A DNA stretch of 63,255 nucleotides, filler included, from Reclinomonas americana ATCC 50394 (Eukaryota): the NCBI GenBank assembly GCA_048213135.1. It is 7 parts of 5 records of this genome, joined end to end, with 100 filler letters (N's around TTAATTAATTAA, not from the genome) between each part and the next. Parts side by side here need not be neighbours in the genome. Positions count along the whole stretch, not along the records: positions 61,595 to 63,255 come from PS015357.1; 6 more parts are not named here. The stretch is one strand, 5' to 3'. The position numbers were made by a program, and so were the translations under genes. Of this stretch, positions 61,595 through 63,255 are shown in pieces (position 1 is the first letter of the stretch; every line of letters starts with the position of its first letter). The notes beneath the pieces are model-generated. The model saw only the letters and a list, made by a program, of their open reading frames with translations, was not told the DNA's origin and did not search any database.

Positions 61595-63255
61595 TGGTGT
61601 GATGGCCACTTGCATTGACGGATCGTCCGGATCTGTGCATCGCCCAAACAGAAGATGAGCACAGAGCGTTCAAAACTCCGCTGCATTTCTCTCGTCTCGC
61701 GCACCCGGGATAATGTCCTGCACGGTGGCATACTCGAGCTTCTTGGTGATTTCGTGCAGACGCCGATGTGCGACATCCAGTCGATCCCTGTAGGGAGTGA
61801 CCGTGGCCATCAACTCGGCGTGCAGCACCGCGTTGAGAACCCAGCTGCACAGACCCTGTGCGAGACACGAAAGAGTCGGAATAGGGCATGAAGAGATCGA
61901 AAACCCTCGAAGTATTGGTTGGCAAACCTGTGCCGCCTTGGAGATCTTGCCGACAGCATGCGGCGTGAATGCCGGGTCCTCCGTGTATGTCTTGACACGG
62001 CGCAACACTTGCGGCGTCAACTGCGTCTCAAAATCGTACTCCAGCAGCTGCTGTCGAAAGCGCGCCCCCTGCAACGTCTCCTTGGCGGCGTCAACCGTCT
62101 CAGGCCGGCCCAACAATACCATCACCGCTTTCAACACCTACACGTCGACCGGCGGGTTCAGAAAATGTGCATCGATCCGCATTGCTCCCCCCGAACTGCC
62201 ACGCAACATTCTCGACGAGTGGCGGTGCGTGCGCAAAGTAGCGCAATTGATTAATGTCGGAGAGTGCCACACTCGACAGCGACAGCAGCGAGGATTCGAC
62301 CAGCGGCGCCACTCCTTCGTACTCCTTCTCAGCTAACCGCACGGCCTCCAGCGCTTGATCACGCTCCAGCAACAGGCGACTAATGTCACTCCGACGACGC
62401 TGTACCGGGCGCAGTGAACAAGCCAAACGCAGACAAACAAAAGCATTCTCATGCATGCAAATATATGCACACCTTGGTGGAGAGTGGCGTCGTCGGCGGC
62501 ACATCGACATGTAACCTCCGACTGACGCGATCCAGTCCCTCTTGTGCCAGGCGCGCCAGTTGCCGCACCGGATCGAGGCGGTGCGTCATCAATCCAAATT
62601 TCTCCATACTGGAGGCCCAGTGGAACAGGCCAACAGCGGGCGGACACGTGGCCTCCACCGTCTTCCCAACGCACACATGAGGAAAATAAAGGCACACATT
62701 GCACATTTCTCGCCAAAAAAACTCACCTGTAACCGAAACTCGGGACGCTTGGTGTACTCGGCCGCCTGGATGAGCATGGTGGGCGAGATGGTGCCACGAT
62801 TAAAGTAAATAAGCTGTCGCAGACAGCTGGACTCCTTCAGCCACACTCGTGCCGCGCTCAGCGTCGGTGGCTGGCAGAGGAACACCATGATGACTTTGAG
62901 CACGGTCTCCACCTGACGTCGTCATTCGGTGAGTGATTAGGAAGACCATAGGATCACATGCACAACACATACCGGCGACGAAAGGAGCGGCAGAGAGCGC
63001 AGCTTGTGCACATCTTGCATGGAGAGGGCAGAGATGCCGGCCAGGTAGCGGTTGAGAGCGGGACCGCTCTTGCGCAGCGCACCGTCGGCCGCATCGCGGA
63101 TGCGCACAAGACGTCGCTGCAGCGCCGTCAACTCCTCCTCTCCGAGTCGATCCAGCGCCGCCTCGCTGACCTCCGACTCGCGCAGACGCATCTCGTTGAC
63201 ATCGTCGTCGGGAGGCGTGATCCAAATGGTGCCGCGCTGCTGACGCGCGGCCGCC
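61595..63255 (-). CDS. Protein with two tandem dynein heavy-chain stalk/microtubule-binding (MT) domains; partial at both ends
   Basis: Repeat 1: 'PALNRYLAGISALSMQDVHKLRSL..P|VETVLKVIMVFL..RPEF..|..AVGLFHWASSM..LDPVR'. Repeat 2: 'APLVESSLLSLSSVALSDINQLRYFAHAPPLVEN|VLKAVMVLLG..DPAFTPHAVGKISKAAQ|GLCSWV..VTPYR'. Confidence 0.75.

Overview
Eukaryotic, intron-rich (protist-like) genomic DNA. It is not one locus: at least seven unlinked contigs are concatenated with artificial N-TTAATTAATTAA-N spacers (21784, 29688, 40762, 47891, 59609, 61539). Contig 1 has a ~26-exon CLASP gene, a TDP2-like EEP phosphodiesterase, a secreted Cys-rich protein and an H-type-lectin-like fragment. Contig 2 has a ubiquitin-like+WD40 gene and a long ankyrin-repeat gene. 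Contig 3 has a NACHT-pentapeptide-14xWD40 NLR-like gene, a TPR exon and an AN1 zinc finger gene. Contig 4 has an NB-ARC-like STAND gene, a deletion-riddled PF16/SPAG6 pseudogene and an intronless bacterial-type SDR; the pseudogene and SDR lie between two direct repeats. Contig 5 has two convergent orphan coiled-coil genes. Contig 6 has a WD40 fragment. Contig 7 has a protein with two tandem dynein stalk/microtubule-binding domains. Top observations: (1) a recurrent second class of 5' splice site, GTTGCG/GTTTCG/GTTACG/GTTGAG, equal to the usual donor with an extra T (G at +6 instead of +5), in about 17 manually inferred introns; (2) an NLR-like repertoire with a shared, site-variable WD40 repeat pool and possible sensor-module shuffling; (3) a tandem dynein-MTBD protein with no AAA module between the two domains. 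All exon structures were inferred by eye from frame continuity and GT-AG sites, without RNA data.
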